Positions 1 to 9,806 of a stretch of DNA of 64,000 nucleotides are shown piece after piece; positions within the stretch are counted from its first letter, which is position 1; each line of letters starts with the position of its first letter. The position numbers and the translations under genes are program-made. The stretch is from positions 1,856,001 to 1,920,000 of the forward strand of contig OY970173.1 in NCBI GenBank assembly GCA_963707635.1. Direction: 5' to 3'. This DNA comes from Candidatus Latescibacterota bacterium (GTDB lineage Bacteria; Krumholzibacteriota; Krumholzibacteriia; WVZY01; JAKEHA01). The notes under the pieces were generated by a model. That model made no database searches, was not told where the DNA came from, and saw nothing but the letters and a program-made list of their open reading frames with translations.

Positions 1-1345
1 CAACACGATGAACTGGGACGAGCTCTACGCGCTCCTCAATCAGCAGGGGCTGGTGGAAGAGCTGCGCACGCGCGGCTACGACGCGGTCGTGCTCGATTTC
101 ACCGAATCGACCGAATACATCCAGCGCAACGCCTTCGTGCTGGTCGACCTGCTGCACCAGGTGCAGGCGACGATCGGCAGCCAGCAGGACTTCCCGCTGG
201 TCGGCGCGAGCATGGGCGGGCTGGTCGCGCGCTACGCGCTCTCCTGGATGGAAGCCAACGCCGACCCGTATCGCGTGCGCAACTTCGTCTCCTTCGACGT
301 GCCGCACGCCGGGGCGAACATTCCACTCGGCATCCAGTACTGGCTGGACTTCTTCTCCGACCAGGCCGCCGAGGCGGCGAATCTGCTCGGCCGTCTCGAC
401 ACGCCCGCCGCGCGACAGATGCTCCTGTATCACCACACGACGCCGCCCGGCGGGACGGGCGAGCCGGATCCGCTGCGCGCCGGGTTCGAGTCCGAGCTGG
501 CGGGCCTCGGCGATTATCCGTCGCAGCCCCGGGTGGTGGCGCTGTCCAACGGGAGCGGCATCGGGGCCAACCAGGGCTTTGCCGCCGGCGCACAGATCAT
601 CCAGTACGCATACAACCTGATCTTCTTCGCGACCATCCGTGGGCACGTGTGGGCGGTGCCGAACGGGGGAGCGCTCAAGATTTTCGACGGGCTGATCCAG
701 GTGATCTTCCAGCCCACCCAGTCGCTGGTGGTGAACGTCTCCGGAACGCTTCCCTGGGACAACGCGCCGGGCGGCTCGCGCAATTCGATGGCGCAGATGG
801 ACTCGGTGGCAGCACCCTACGGCGACATCATCGCGCTCCACCAGCGCCACTGCTTCATTCCCACGGTGAGCGCGCTCGACATCGCGACCGCGGACCCGTT
901 CTACGATGTTGCGGGGGATCCCGATCTGCTCGCCCACACGCCGTTCGACAATCTCTATGTGCCCGTCGCCAACGAGCCGCACGTCACGGTGACCCCAGAG
1001 AACGCCGTGTGGCTGCTGGATGAGATCGACCCGCCGGCGACCGCCGTGCGGAACGGCACCGCGCCACGCGCGTTCACGTTGCTGGAGGCCGCGCCGAATC
1101 CCTTCGGCGAAACGACCACCGTGCGCTGGCAGCTGGCGCGCGCTACGCGCGTGCGCGCCGAAGTCTTCGACGTGCGCGGCCGCCGGGTGGTTTCGCTCCT
1201 CGACGGTGTGCGTTCCGCCGGGCCGGGAGAGGTCCGTTGGACCGGCCGTGACGGAAACGGCCGCGCGCTGGCCGCCGGCGTGTATTTCATTCGGGTCGTG
1301 GCGGCGGGAGAGACCCGCGCCCGCCGGGTCGTCCTCGTTCATTGA
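1..1345 (+). CDS. Secreted alpha/beta-hydrolase-fold protein with C-terminal FlgD-Ig/T9SS-like sorting domain (5' end probably outside the window)
   Basis: GASMGG nucleophile elbow; C-terminal PNPF...VFDVRGRRV...WTGRDGNGRALAAGVYF tail; frame open to the window edge. Confidence 0.75.
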   Translation, partial: NTMNWDELYALLNQQGLVEELRTRGYDAVVLDFTESTEYIQRNAFVLVDLLHQVQATIGSQQDFPLVGASMGGLVARYALSWMEANADPYRVRNFVSFDVPHAGANIPLGIQYWLDFFSDQAAEAANLLGRLDTPAARQMLLYHHTTPPGGTGEPDPLRAGFESELAGLGDYPSQPRVVALSNGSGIGANQGFAAGAQIIQYAYNLIFFATIRGHVWAVPNGGALKIFDGLIQVIFQPTQSLVVNVSGTLPWDNAPGGSRNSMAQMDSVAAPYGDIIALHQRHCFIPTVSALDIATADPFYDVAGDPDLLAHTPFDNLYVPVANEPHVTVTPENAVWLLDEIDPPATAVRNGTAPRAFTLLEAAPNPFGETTTVRWQLARATRVRAEVFDVRGRRVVSLLDGVRSAGPGEVRWTGRDGNGRALAAGVYFIRVVAAGETRARRVVLVH

Positions 1346-1353
1346 CGGGTACG

Positions 1354-1920
1354 ATGATCGACCCACCGTACTCCGGCGATGAGATAGCGGCCAACTGCCG
1401 CATTATTTCTGTGCACATCGAAGAGTTGAACCAATTGTTCAACTCCCTGGACCCGTCCCCGTTCCACAGGCGGGACCTGGATCGCAGCGCGGTGGAATAC
1501 ATCGTCAGCAGCGCCCAGGAGCTGCCCCGAACGCCCTTGGCGCTGGTGTTGTACCTGGATGGGCCGGCTGGGCCTCCCGACGAAGGTCGCGTGGTCGGCG
1601 ACGCCGTCCGCGAGTATTTCAGCCGGGAATCGGAATACACGCGTCGTCATCTGCGACGAGTGCTTCGCCAAGGCTGGGCGAGCCTGGCCATCGGAGTGGC
1701 GTTTCTGGCGGCCGCGTTCGCCGCCGGCGCGTTCGTCGCCAGCGTGACTTCGGAGCCGCTCGCACCGATCCTGCGAGAAAGCCTGCTCATCGGTGGTTGG
1801 GTCGCCATGTGGCGGCCGCTGGAGACGTTCTTATACGACTGGTGGCCGATCGTGGGCGAGCGACGACTCCACGACCGTTTGAGTCGCATGGCGGTGCGCA
1901 TCGTGTACACGGGCACATGA
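1354..1920 (+). CDS. Hypothetical membrane protein (2 C-terminal TM helices)
   Basis: ATG at 1354, 8 nt after the upstream stop; hydrophobic segments; family-like GGWVAMWRPLETFLYDWWP motif. Confidence 0.65.
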   Translation: MIDPPYSGDEIAANCRIISVHIEELNQLFNSLDPSPFHRRDLDRSAVEYIVSSAQELPRTPLALVLYLDGPAGPPDEGRVVGDAVREYFSRESEYTRRHLRRVLRQGWASLAIGVAFLAAAFAAGAFVASVTSEPLAPILRESLLIGGWVAMWRPLETFLYDWWPIVGERRLHDRLSRMAVRIVYTGT

Positions 1921-1936
1921 CCGGCGGGAGGTAACG

Positions 1937-2329
1937 ATGTACGATCTAACGATCCATCTGGAGGATCGGCCGGGTGCGCTTGCCGAGATGGGGGAGGTGT
2001 TGGGGCGCGCGGGCGTGAGTATCGAGGGCGGAGGGGTCTGGGTGGTGGGCGCCTGCGGCGTCGCCCATTTCCTGTTCGAGGATGGAGCCGCCGCGCGCCG
2101 GGCGCTCGAAGCGGCCGGCATCCGGGTCGTCGCACAGAGGGACGTTCTCGTGCAACGATTGCGGCAGGGAGTGCCCGGCCAACTCGGCCTGCTCACGCGC
2201 CGGATGGCCGAGGCCGGCGTCAATATCGAGGTCTTGTACAGCGACCATGACCATCAGCTGATCCTGGTCGTCGACGACCTCGCGCGCGGGCGCGAGGTCT
2301 CGGAGGCGTGGACACGCGAAACTCGATGA
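1937..2329 (+). CDS. Tandem ACT-domain protein
   Basis: Two ACT repeats (EDRPGALAEM...GVSIE; GVPGQLG...AGVNIEVLYS); GGAGG RBS. Confidence 0.85.
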   Translation: MYDLTIHLEDRPGALAEMGEVLGRAGVSIEGGGVWVVGACGVAHFLFEDGAAARRALEAAGIRVVAQRDVLVQRLRQGVPGQLGLLTRRMAEAGVNIEVLYSDHDHQLILVVDDLARGREVSEAWTRETR

Positions 2330-2340
2330 AAGGGGACGGT

Positions 2341-3366
2341 ATGAAACGGGCGCAGACGATGACGAGATGGCTCCGATACTTCGTGTTCGTCGCCGCGTTG
2401 CTCGCGCTTGCCGGGTGTGAGAGCCGGAGCCCCACGCGCGCAAGCTCCACGTCCTCGTCCGGAGTTTTCAAGCTGGAGGAAGGCTTTGTCGACGCCGGAG
2501 GCGTGCTCATTTATTACCGCGCGCTCGGAACGGGACCGCCGCTGGTGGTTCTTCACGGCGGCCCGGGCGCTTCGCACGACTATTTCCTGCCCTACCTGCT
2601 GCCTCTGGCGCGAACCAATCGAGTCGTCTTCATCGACGAGCGCGGATCCGGACGCTCGGAGAAACTCGAGGACGCGGCCGGCTACACCATCGAGAACATG
2701 GTGGAAGACGTGGAAGCGGTCCGGGGCGCGCTCGGGCTGGGGAAGATCAACCTGCTCGGCCACTCCTTCGGCGGAGCGCTCGCGCAGGCCTATGCACTCA
2801 AGTACCAGGCGAACCTCTCGCACTTGGTGCTGTGCAGCACGTTCCACAGCACTCGCCAGCTGAATGACACCCTGCTGCGAATGAAAGACGCGATGACGCC
2901 CGGGCTGCGCGCGCGTGTCGACGGGATGGAGAAGAAGGGGCTGTTCGGCAACGGGAAGGACTACGAGAAGAACCGGTACACCACCGACTACATGATCGCC
3001 GCGTGGGGAGAAGGCTATTTCCCGTTTCTCTACCAGCGGCGCCCGGACCCGAACTACGACCCCACTGCGACCGCCGGCATGGCGTGGGACCTCTACCGCG
3101 AAATGTGGGGTTCCAACGGGGAGTTCGTGGTCGACGGCAACCTGGTGTCGGTGGAGTACGCGGACCGCCTGGGGTCCATCACGGTTCCGACCCTGATCAC
3201 GGTGGGCGACCACGACCAGGTGGAACCGGCGATCGCTCGCGAGATGCAGCAGAAGATTCCGGGGTCGACGCTGGTCGTGCTCCCGCAGAGCGGCCACATG
3301 ACGTTCGTCGACCAGCCGGGATTGTTCATCGCCGCGGTGGACGACTTCGTCCATGGAAGGAAGTAA
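2341..3366 (+). CDS. Proline iminopeptidase-family (S33) alpha/beta hydrolase, predicted lipoprotein
   Basis: HGGPG, DERGSGRS, GHSFGG, GDHD and SGH motifs; LAGC lipobox. Confidence 0.85.
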   Translation: MKRAQTMTRWLRYFVFVAALLALAGCESRSPTRASSTSSSGVFKLEEGFVDAGGVLIYYRALGTGPPLVVLHGGPGASHDYFLPYLLPLARTNRVVFIDERGSGRSEKLEDAAGYTIENMVEDVEAVRGALGLGKINLLGHSFGGALAQAYALKYQANLSHLVLCSTFHSTRQLNDTLLRMKDAMTPGLRARVDGMEKKGLFGNGKDYEKNRYTTDYMIAAWGEGYFPFLYQRRPDPNYDPTATAGMAWDLYREMWGSNGEFVVDGNLVSVEYADRLGSITVPTLITVGDHDQVEPAIAREMQQKIPGSTLVVLPQSGHMTFVDQPGLFIAAVDDFVHGRK

Positions 3367-3368
3367 CG

Positions 3369-3773
3369 ATGTTCCTCACCCTGCTCCTCGTCACGTTCGC
3401 CATCGCCGTGCTGGTCTCGTTCGGGGTCGCTAGCCTGTTTCGCAACTCGCTCCGCACCATTCTCAATCGCATACTCTCTCCCGACCTGGTGTCCGCGTGG
3501 TATCGCTACATCACGTTTGCGATCTACGTGGTGGGGGTTTCGGGCGGGGTGCGGATCTGGGAGCTGGAGAAGTACATCACCCCGCGCACCGAGACCGAGA
3601 TCCCCATCGTGCTCAACGCGGATCGCTGGCTGCTCGAGATGTACCGCACGGTCATCGCCACCCTGCAGAGCACGGCCTGGATGCTGCTGGTGGTCTTCGC
3701 GGTGACGCTGATCGCCGTGGTCATCGTCCGGGGGCAGGAGCTGAAGCACGGCAAGGCTACGGGTGGCGGATAG
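3369..3773 (+). CDS. Hypothetical membrane protein (3 TM)
   Basis: ATG 2 nt after the upstream stop; three hydrophobic segments. Confidence 0.7.
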   Translation: MFLTLLLVTFAIAVLVSFGVASLFRNSLRTILNRILSPDLVSAWYRYITFAIYVVGVSGGVRIWELEKYITPRTETEIPIVLNADRWLLEMYRTVIATLQSTAWMLLVVFAVTLIAVVIVRGQELKHGKATGGG

Positions 3774-3777
3774 TGTG

Positions 3778-4395
3778 CTACGCCCGGATGGCCCTCGCGA
3801 TGCGTCGCGTCAGCACCGTGTAGATGAGAGCGGTGAGCCCGTGCCCGCCGAGGATCAGCCCCATCAGGATGATGTACCCCTCGAAGTGCCCGCCCGACTT
3901 CGCGACCATCATCATGTTCACGATGCCGTAGACCCCGAGCGCGATCGCCGCGAGTGATAACAGCAACACCGTCCAGCGCAGCCACGCGACGCGCGGCCCC
4001 TTGATCAGATAGGCCCAGGTAAGCCCGCTGTAGGCGAAGAAACCGGCGGCGACGGCGCGCCAGAGCGGGATGTGCGCGGGGTCGCGCGAGGGGAGCACGA
4101 CCGTGATGACGAAGATCAGCCACAATCCGACCAGCACGGTCGCGAGCGACATGAAAATGAGCATCAACCGGAAGGGGAGCACGAAGCGGTCGAACTTCCG
4201 CGCGAATTCGTCCGGCGCGCCGAAGCGATGGACGGCTTGCTCTTCTGCGTCGTGGTCGGACATGCCTGACTTCCTTTCTTCTTCCGCGGCCAGCAGCAGA
4301 TGGTCGCGGACTTCTTCCAGCACGCGCCGGGCGAGCAGGGGATTTCCCTTGAGCGCGGCGCGCAGACGGGCGAGGTAGGAGTCGATCGGGCTCAT
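3778..4395 (-). CDS. Membrane protein with N-terminal HAAS/permease-prefix-like domain (PadR partner)
   Basis: IDSYLARLRAAL...EEVRDHL...AEEQAVHRFGAPDEFA followed by 4 TM helices; directly downstream of padR. Confidence 0.75.
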   Translation of the reverse strand: MSPIDSYLARLRAALKGNPLLARRVLEEVRDHLLLAAEEERKSGMSDHDAEEQAVHRFGAPDEFARKFDRFVLPFRLMLIFMSLATVLVGLWLIFVITVVLPSRDPAHIPLWRAVAAGFFAYSGLTWAYLIKGPRVAWLRWTVLLLSLAAIALGVYGIVNMMMVAKSGGHFEGYIILMGLILGGHGLTALIYTVLTRRIARAIRA

Positions 4396-4406
4396 GAACG
4401 CCAGCG

Positions 4407-4745
4407 CTACGCGCGCCCGATCGCGGTTCCGCGCAGGATGGCGTCGACGCCGCGGACCAACTCGCGCCAGCTCGTTTCGCGCTCCTTGAGGGCGGCTCGC
4501 CCTGCGCGTGTGATCCGGTAGGTGCGGCGGACGCGCCCCGACACCTGTTCGGCGTCGCTCTCGACGAAACCCGCCGCCTCCAGCCGGTAGAGCGCGGGGT
4601 AGACGGTTCCCTCGGGGAGGTCGAAGACGCCGCGGCTCCGGTCGCGAAGCTGCGCGATGATCGCGTAGCCGTGGGCCGGCCCGCGCGCGACCAGCGAGAG
4701 CAGCAGCATGTCGATCTGCCCGCTCAGGAGCGGTTCTTTGCTCAT
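4407..4745 (-). CDS. PadR-family transcriptional regulator
   Basis: HGYAII...EGTVYPALYRLE...RRTYRIT..G wHTH signature. Confidence 0.92.
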   Translation of the reverse strand: MSKEPLLSGQIDMLLLSLVARGPAHGYAIIAQLRDRSRGVFDLPEGTVYPALYRLEAAGFVESDAEQVSGRVRRTYRITRAGRAALKERETSWRELVRGVDAILRGTAIGRA

Positions 4746-4794
4746 GGTCGAAAACCTACCTCATGGTGGTGCATCGGGTCGAGTGTTCGTACGC

Positions 4795-6195
4795 CTACTC
4801 GGGTTGGGGCTCCATCGAACTGATCTTTCCCTCGCCGTCGACGTCGATGGTCCAGACAATGGAGCGCGAGGCGTAGCTCGCGCGATAGCGGAGCGTGCGG
4901 CCTCCATCGTGGGCCGTGGTCTCCAGCAGGACGAGCGATTGCAGGGTACCGAGGGGACCGAGGAAATGCGGACCCGCGCTTCGGATCATCGGGACGGTTT
5001 CGGTCTTTCCCCGCGATGAGAACAGGGCCTCGTCGACCTCGCCGCGGGCCGCGGACGCGAAGACGAGCTTCAGTCGCTCGGTCAGCGCAGGGTCGGGGTC
5101 GTCGATGCCCGCGTTGCCCGCGTCGGAGAGCGCGGGGAGGTACATCGTCGCGACCCGCCGCGCCAGCTTGCGGGTCTCGGCGCCCCGGAGGTTGGCGAGC
5201 ACGATCACGCTGAGCCCGTCGTCGGGATAGCGAAGGATGGTCGCGTCGAAGCCGAGCGCGCCACCCTGATGACCCGCCACGCGATGGCCGTGATCGCGAT
5301 CCAGTTCGTTGCCGAGCCCGTAGTGCGCCTCCGAGCCGTCGGCCAGACGGACCGGGGCCTCCATCTCGCGCCACGTTGCGGCGTCGAGCAGACGACCCGA
5401 CGCGATCGCGCATTCCCAGCGCGCCAGATCTCGTGCGTCCGATACCACCGCACCCGCCGCCCATTTCCGGCTGGGGCTCACGTATTCTTCGTTCCGAAGC
5501 CCGTCGCGCGTCCACGCGTAGCCGGCGGCGCGATGCGGAATGACGGCGGCGAGGTCGTTCATGCGCGTCGACGTCATGCCGAGCGGGTCGAAGACCTGCT
5601 GCGAGAGAAACTGCGGCAGCGGTTTCCCCGCGACTTTCTCGACGATGAGACCGAGCAGGAAATAGCCGGTATTGCTGTAGGACCAGCGCGTGCCGGGCTC
5701 GAAGTCGAGCGGCTTCGCGGCCACACTCGCGACGACCTCCTGCGGCGACGTCTCGAGCCGGACTGACTTCCAGAAGTCGGGGGCCTTCGTGTACTCCGGG
5801 ATTCCGGCGGTGTGGGACAGCAGCTGGCGCACGGTGACCTTTCGCCAGGCAGCGGGACTCTCCGGGAGGTAGTCCCCGAGGGTTCCGTCGAGTTCCAGCG
5901 TGCCGTCTGCCGCGAGGTGCATCACGGCAGCGGCGACGAACTGCTTGCCGAGCGAGAGCAGCTCGTAGACCGAGGTGTCGCTTGCCGCCGCGGCCCACTC
6001 GACGTTGGCGAGGCCCCAGCCCCGGGCCAGCACGACGTTCCCGTTCTGCACCACGGCGACCGAGACCCCGGGAATGTGATTGGACTTCATGGCAGTGCGC
6101 ACGATGTCGTCCAGCGAATCGGCGGCCGGCCCGGCGGCAGCGCCAGCCGACAGGCACGCCGCGGCGATCCCCGCGGCCAGAGAGCGAGACTGCAT
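4795..6195 (-). CDS. Serine hydrolase, beta-lactamase/PBP class C (S12) family, exported
   Basis: SLGK (SxxK), LLSHTAG, YSN and GHQG motifs; signal peptide; AGGAGG RBS before ATG at 6195. Confidence 0.9.
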   Translation of the reverse strand: MQSRSLAAGIAAACLSAGAAAGPAADSLDDIVRTAMKSNHIPGVSVAVVQNGNVVLARGWGLANVEWAAAASDTSVYELLSLGKQFVAAAVMHLAADGTLELDGTLGDYLPESPAAWRKVTVRQLLSHTAGIPEYTKAPDFWKSVRLETSPQEVVASVAAKPLDFEPGTRWSYSNTGYFLLGLIVEKVAGKPLPQFLSQQVFDPLGMTSTRMNDLAAVIPHRAAGYAWTRDGLRNEEYVSPSRKWAAGAVVSDARDLARWECAIASGRLLDAATWREMEAPVRLADGSEAHYGLGNELDRDHGHRVAGHQGGALGFDATILRYPDDGLSVIVLANLRGAETRKLARRVATMYLPALSDAGNAGIDDPDPALTERLKLVFASAARGEVDEALFSSRGKTETVPMIRSAGPHFLGPLGTLQSLVLLETTAHDGGRTLRYRASYASRSIVWTIDVDGEGKISSMEPQPE

Positions 6196-6260
6196 CGAAT
6201 GCCTCCTGGTTCGGAACTGCGTCGGGGCCCGGGAGCCGGGACGCGCTAATACATAGACAA

Positions 6261-6288
6261 ACATAGCATAGCTTCTCTGGGTGTCAAG
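6261..6288 (-). promoter_or_regulatory. Putative sigma70 promoter of the hydrolase-padR-HAAS operon
   Basis: TTGACA-N16-TATGTT on the minus strand in an AT-rich patch containing CATAG repeats. Confidence 0.4.
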
Positions 6289-6421
6289 GATATCTTTCGC
6301 CCCGTGCGCGACCCGGCGCCGGCCCTGAGGTCTCGTACCGGCATCTGTACAGCTGCCGGCGTTGCGCGTACAATGACGGGCTCTTGCCCGGTTGAAAAAC
6401 ACGTATAGAAAGGAACCCGTA

Positions 6422-7003
6422 ATGAACGCACATAGACTCGTGGGACTGGCGCTCGTGGTAACGGTCCTGGCACCGCTTTCCGCATTCGGGCAGGGAGGTC
6501 CGGATTCGGCGGCGCGTCTTGCGGCCCAGCGCGAGGGCATGATCCCGCTCGCCTACATGAATGGCGTATGGAGAGGGCCCGCGTGGACAGTCCTCCCGTC
6601 CGGGGAGAAGCACACCATCACGCAAACCGAACGGATCGGACCGTTCCTGGACGGAGCGGTGAAGGTCATCGAGGGACGGGGATACGACGCCGACGGCAAG
6701 GTCGCGTTCAACGCGTTCGGCACCATCTCGTTCGACCCGGCCACACACACGTACACGCTACATTCGTATGCGATGGGGTACGTCGGCGACTTCGTGCTGA
6801 CCCCGATCACCGACGGATACACCTGGGAGATTCCCGCCGGGCCGATGACGATTCGCTACACGGCGACCGTCAAGAACGGCACCTGGACCGAGGTGGGCGA
6901 TCGCATCGCCAAGGATCAGCCGCCGGTTCGCTTCTTTGAAATGACCCTTACCCGCGTGGGCGATACCGACTGGCCGGCGGCCGGCGCGGTTCCTCCCCGA
7001 TAG
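6422..7003 (+). CDS. Secreted beta-barrel hypothetical protein (DUF1579-like)
   Basis: Signal peptide; G.WRGPAW...QTERIGPFLDG..KVIEGRGY pattern; AAGGA RBS. Confidence 0.65.
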   Translation: MNAHRLVGLALVVTVLAPLSAFGQGGPDSAARLAAQREGMIPLAYMNGVWRGPAWTVLPSGEKHTITQTERIGPFLDGAVKVIEGRGYDADGKVAFNAFGTISFDPATHTYTLHSYAMGYVGDFVLTPITDGYTWEIPAGPMTIRYTATVKNGTWTEVGDRIAKDQPPVRFFEMTLTRVGDTDWPAAGAVPPR

Positions 7004-7082
7004 CAGATCGCGCGCCGATGCCGTGGCGTTGCGCGCCCATTTTCGCTACCATCGGGCGGCAACGCGACCAAAAGGAGAACGC

Positions 7083-9200
7083 ATGAAGACAGGTGCCATC
7101 GGTATGACGCTGTTCTTGTCCATCGCCGGACTGGCGGGAACCCAACGCGCGCTGGCGCAGGACAATCCCTTTTTCGCCCCGTACGGGACGCCGTGGGAGG
7201 TGCCGCCGTTCGACCGTATTCGCAACGAGCACTTCATGCCGGCCTTCGAGAAGGGGATCGCCGAGCAGAAAGCCGAGGTCGCCGCGATCCGCGACAACAC
7301 GCAGGCGCCGACGTTCGCCAATACCGTGGAGGCGCTGGAGACCAGCGGTCAGTTGCTGCTGCGCGTGAGCGACGTGTTCTTCAACCTCAACGGGGCGGAG
7401 ACGAACGACGAGATGCAGGCCATCGCGCGCGACGTCGCACCGCTTCTGTCCGCGCTCAACGACGACATCTATCTGGACCCCAAGCTGTTTGCGCGCGTCA
7501 AGGCCGTGCACCTGAAGCGGGATAGCCTGAAGCTCACCACCGAGCAACGCCGCCTGCTCGACGAGCAGTACAAGGACTTCGTGCGCGGCGGCGCCAATCT
7601 TTCCGATGACGACAAGAACGTGTTTCGTGAGATCAACGAGCGCCTGTCGGTACTGTCCCTCAAGTTCGGCGAGAACATCCTGGCCGAGGAGAACGCGTAC
7701 GAACTGGTGATCGACAACCAGGCGAATCTGGCGGGGCTGTCCGACAACGACATCCAGGCGGCGGCGGAAACCGCGAAGGAGCGCAAGCACGAGGGCAAGT
7801 GGGTCTTCACGCTGCACAAGCCGAGCCTGATTCCGTTCCTCACCTACGCGCAGCGGCGCGACCTGCGCGAGAGGATATACCTCGCCTACTGCAACCGCGG
7901 GAACAACGGCGGCGAGTACGACAACCGGGAGATTCTCAAGGAAGAGGCCACGCTGCGCGCGAAAAGGGCCAAGTTGCTCGGCTACAAGAGCCACGCGGAC
8001 TATGTCCTCGAGGACAACATGGCGAAGACGCCGGCCCGCGTCTACGAGCTGCTCGACCGGCTGTGGGCGCCGGCGTTGGCCCGGTCGGTCCGCGAGCGCG
8101 ATGCCATGCAGGCCATGGTCGACGCGGAAGGCGGGAAGTTCAAGATCGCGTCCTGGGACTGGTGGTACTACAGCGAGAAGGTCAAGAAGGCGCGTTACGA
8201 GTTCGACGACTCGGTGCTGCGGCCGTACTTCGAGCTGGACCACGTCCGCCAGGGTGCGTTCGACACCGCCACCAAGCTCTTCGGCATCACCTTCGAGGAG
8301 CGCTTCGACCTGCCGAAGTACAATGCCGAGGTCCGCACCTTCGAGGTGAAGGACGCCGACGGGTCGCACCTGGCCGTCTATTATGTCGACTATCACCCGC
8401 GCCCGGGCAAGCGCAACGGCGCGTGGATGAGCGAGTACCGCCGGCAGTCCCGCGTCGGGGGCGTCGAGACGACGCCGGTCATTGTTAATGTTTCCAATGT
8501 CTCGCGCGCGACGGCGGACGAGCCAGCGTTGTTGTCGTTGGACGAGGTGACCACGCTGTTCCACGAGTTCGGCCACGCGCTGCACGGCATGCTCTCGGAC
8601 GTGACCTACAGCAGCCTCTCCGGGACCAACGTGGCCACCGACTTCGTCGAAATGCCGTCGCAGGTGATCGAAAACTGGGCGACGGAGCCGGAGGTCATGA
8701 AGACCTATGCGAAGCACTACCAGACCGGCGAGGTGATCCCGGACGCGCTGATCGCGAAGATGTCCAACGCGAAGCTCTTCAACCAGGGATTCGCCACCGT
8801 CGAGTACCTGGCGGCGTGCTACCTCGACATGGACTGGCACACCCTCCAGGGTGACGCGCCCGCCGACGCGATGGCGTTCGAGGCGCAACGGCTGAACGCG
8901 ATCGGCCTGATACCGGAGATCGTGTCGCGCTATCGCAGCCCCTACTTCCGCCACATCTTCTCCGGCGGGTATTCCGCCGGGTACTACAGCTACATCTGGG
9001 CGGAGGTGGTGGACGCGGACGCGTTCCAGGCGTTCAAGGACGCGGGCCTGTTCGACAAGAAGACCGCGGATCGGTTCCGCAAGTACATCCTCTCCGCGGG
9101 AGGCACCGAGGACCCGATGGTTCTGTACAAGAAGTTCCGCGGGCGCGAACCGGAGATCGAGCCGCTGCTCGAGCGCCGGGGGTTGAAGACCGATTCCTAG
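7083..9200 (+). CDS. dcp: M3 family metallopeptidase, peptidyl-dipeptidase Dcp-like, exported
   Basis: FHEFGHALH zinc motif, DFVEMPSQ, GYSAGYYSYIWAEV; signal peptide; AGGAG RBS. Confidence 0.92.
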   Translation: MKTGAIGMTLFLSIAGLAGTQRALAQDNPFFAPYGTPWEVPPFDRIRNEHFMPAFEKGIAEQKAEVAAIRDNTQAPTFANTVEALETSGQLLLRVSDVFFNLNGAETNDEMQAIARDVAPLLSALNDDIYLDPKLFARVKAVHLKRDSLKLTTEQRRLLDEQYKDFVRGGANLSDDDKNVFREINERLSVLSLKFGENILAEENAYELVIDNQANLAGLSDNDIQAAAETAKERKHEGKWVFTLHKPSLIPFLTYAQRRDLRERIYLAYCNRGNNGGEYDNREILKEEATLRAKRAKLLGYKSHADYVLEDNMAKTPARVYELLDRLWAPALARSVRERDAMQAMVDAEGGKFKIASWDWWYYSEKVKKARYEFDDSVLRPYFELDHVRQGAFDTATKLFGITFEERFDLPKYNAEVRTFEVKDADGSHLAVYYVDYHPRPGKRNGAWMSEYRRQSRVGGVETTPVIVNVSNVSRATADEPALLSLDEVTTLFHEFGHALHGMLSDVTYSSLSGTNVATDFVEMPSQVIENWATEPEVMKTYAKHYQTGEVIPDALIAKMSNAKLFNQGFATVEYLAACYLDMDWHTLQGDAPADAMAFEAQRLNAIGLIPEIVSRYRSPYFRHIFSGGYSAGYYSYIWAEVVDADAFQAFKDAGLFDKKTADRFRKYILSAGGTEDPMVLYKKFRGREPEIEPLLERRGLKTDS

Positions 9201-9219
9201 AACCACTCCGGGACCCATC

Positions 9220-9777
9220 GTGCCTGTGTACGTAGCGTTCCTCCGTGCTCTCAATGTGGGCGGCCACCATACCGTCAAGATGGAGGACCTGCGCGCCCAC
9301 TTCGAGGCGCTTGGCTTCGCGCGCGTCGAGACCTTCATCGCGAGCGGCAACGTCATTTTCGCGTCGAACGCACGCGACACGGCGGCCATGAGCAGGCGCA
9401 TCCAGGCCCATCTGCACAAGGCCCTCGGCTACGAGGTGACGACGTTCATCCGGACCGACGCGGAAGTCGCGGCGATCGCGCGCTACCGGCCGTTCGAGAG
9501 CGCGTTGCTCGCGACCGCGAAGGCGCTCAACGTCGCATTCCTGGCCGACCCGCTCCCGGCCGCGACACGCAAGGCCGTGATGCAATTCACCACCGACATC
9601 GACCAGTTTCACGTCCACGGGCGGGAAGTGTACTGGTTGTGCCGGAAGGGGCAGGGCCAGTCGAAGTTCTCCAACGCGCGCTTCGAGAAAGCCCTGAAGA
9701 TCCAGGCGACGTTTCGCGGTTTCAACACCATCCAGCGCCTGGCCGACAAGTATCCGCCGTCACGCCCGGCCGGCTAG
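9220..9777 (+). CDS. DUF1697 family protein
   Basis: YVAFLRALNVGG...V.TFIASGNVIF signature. Confidence 0.85.
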   Translation: MPVYVAFLRALNVGGHHTVKMEDLRAHFEALGFARVETFIASGNVIFASNARDTAAMSRRIQAHLHKALGYEVTTFIRTDAEVAAIARYRPFESALLATAKALNVAFLADPLPAATRKAVMQFTTDIDQFHVHGREVYWLCRKGQGQSKFSNARFEKALKIQATFRGFNTIQRLADKYPPSRPAG

Positions 9778-9806
9778 TGGATACCCGCGTCCCGCGCGCT
9801 GCGTTC

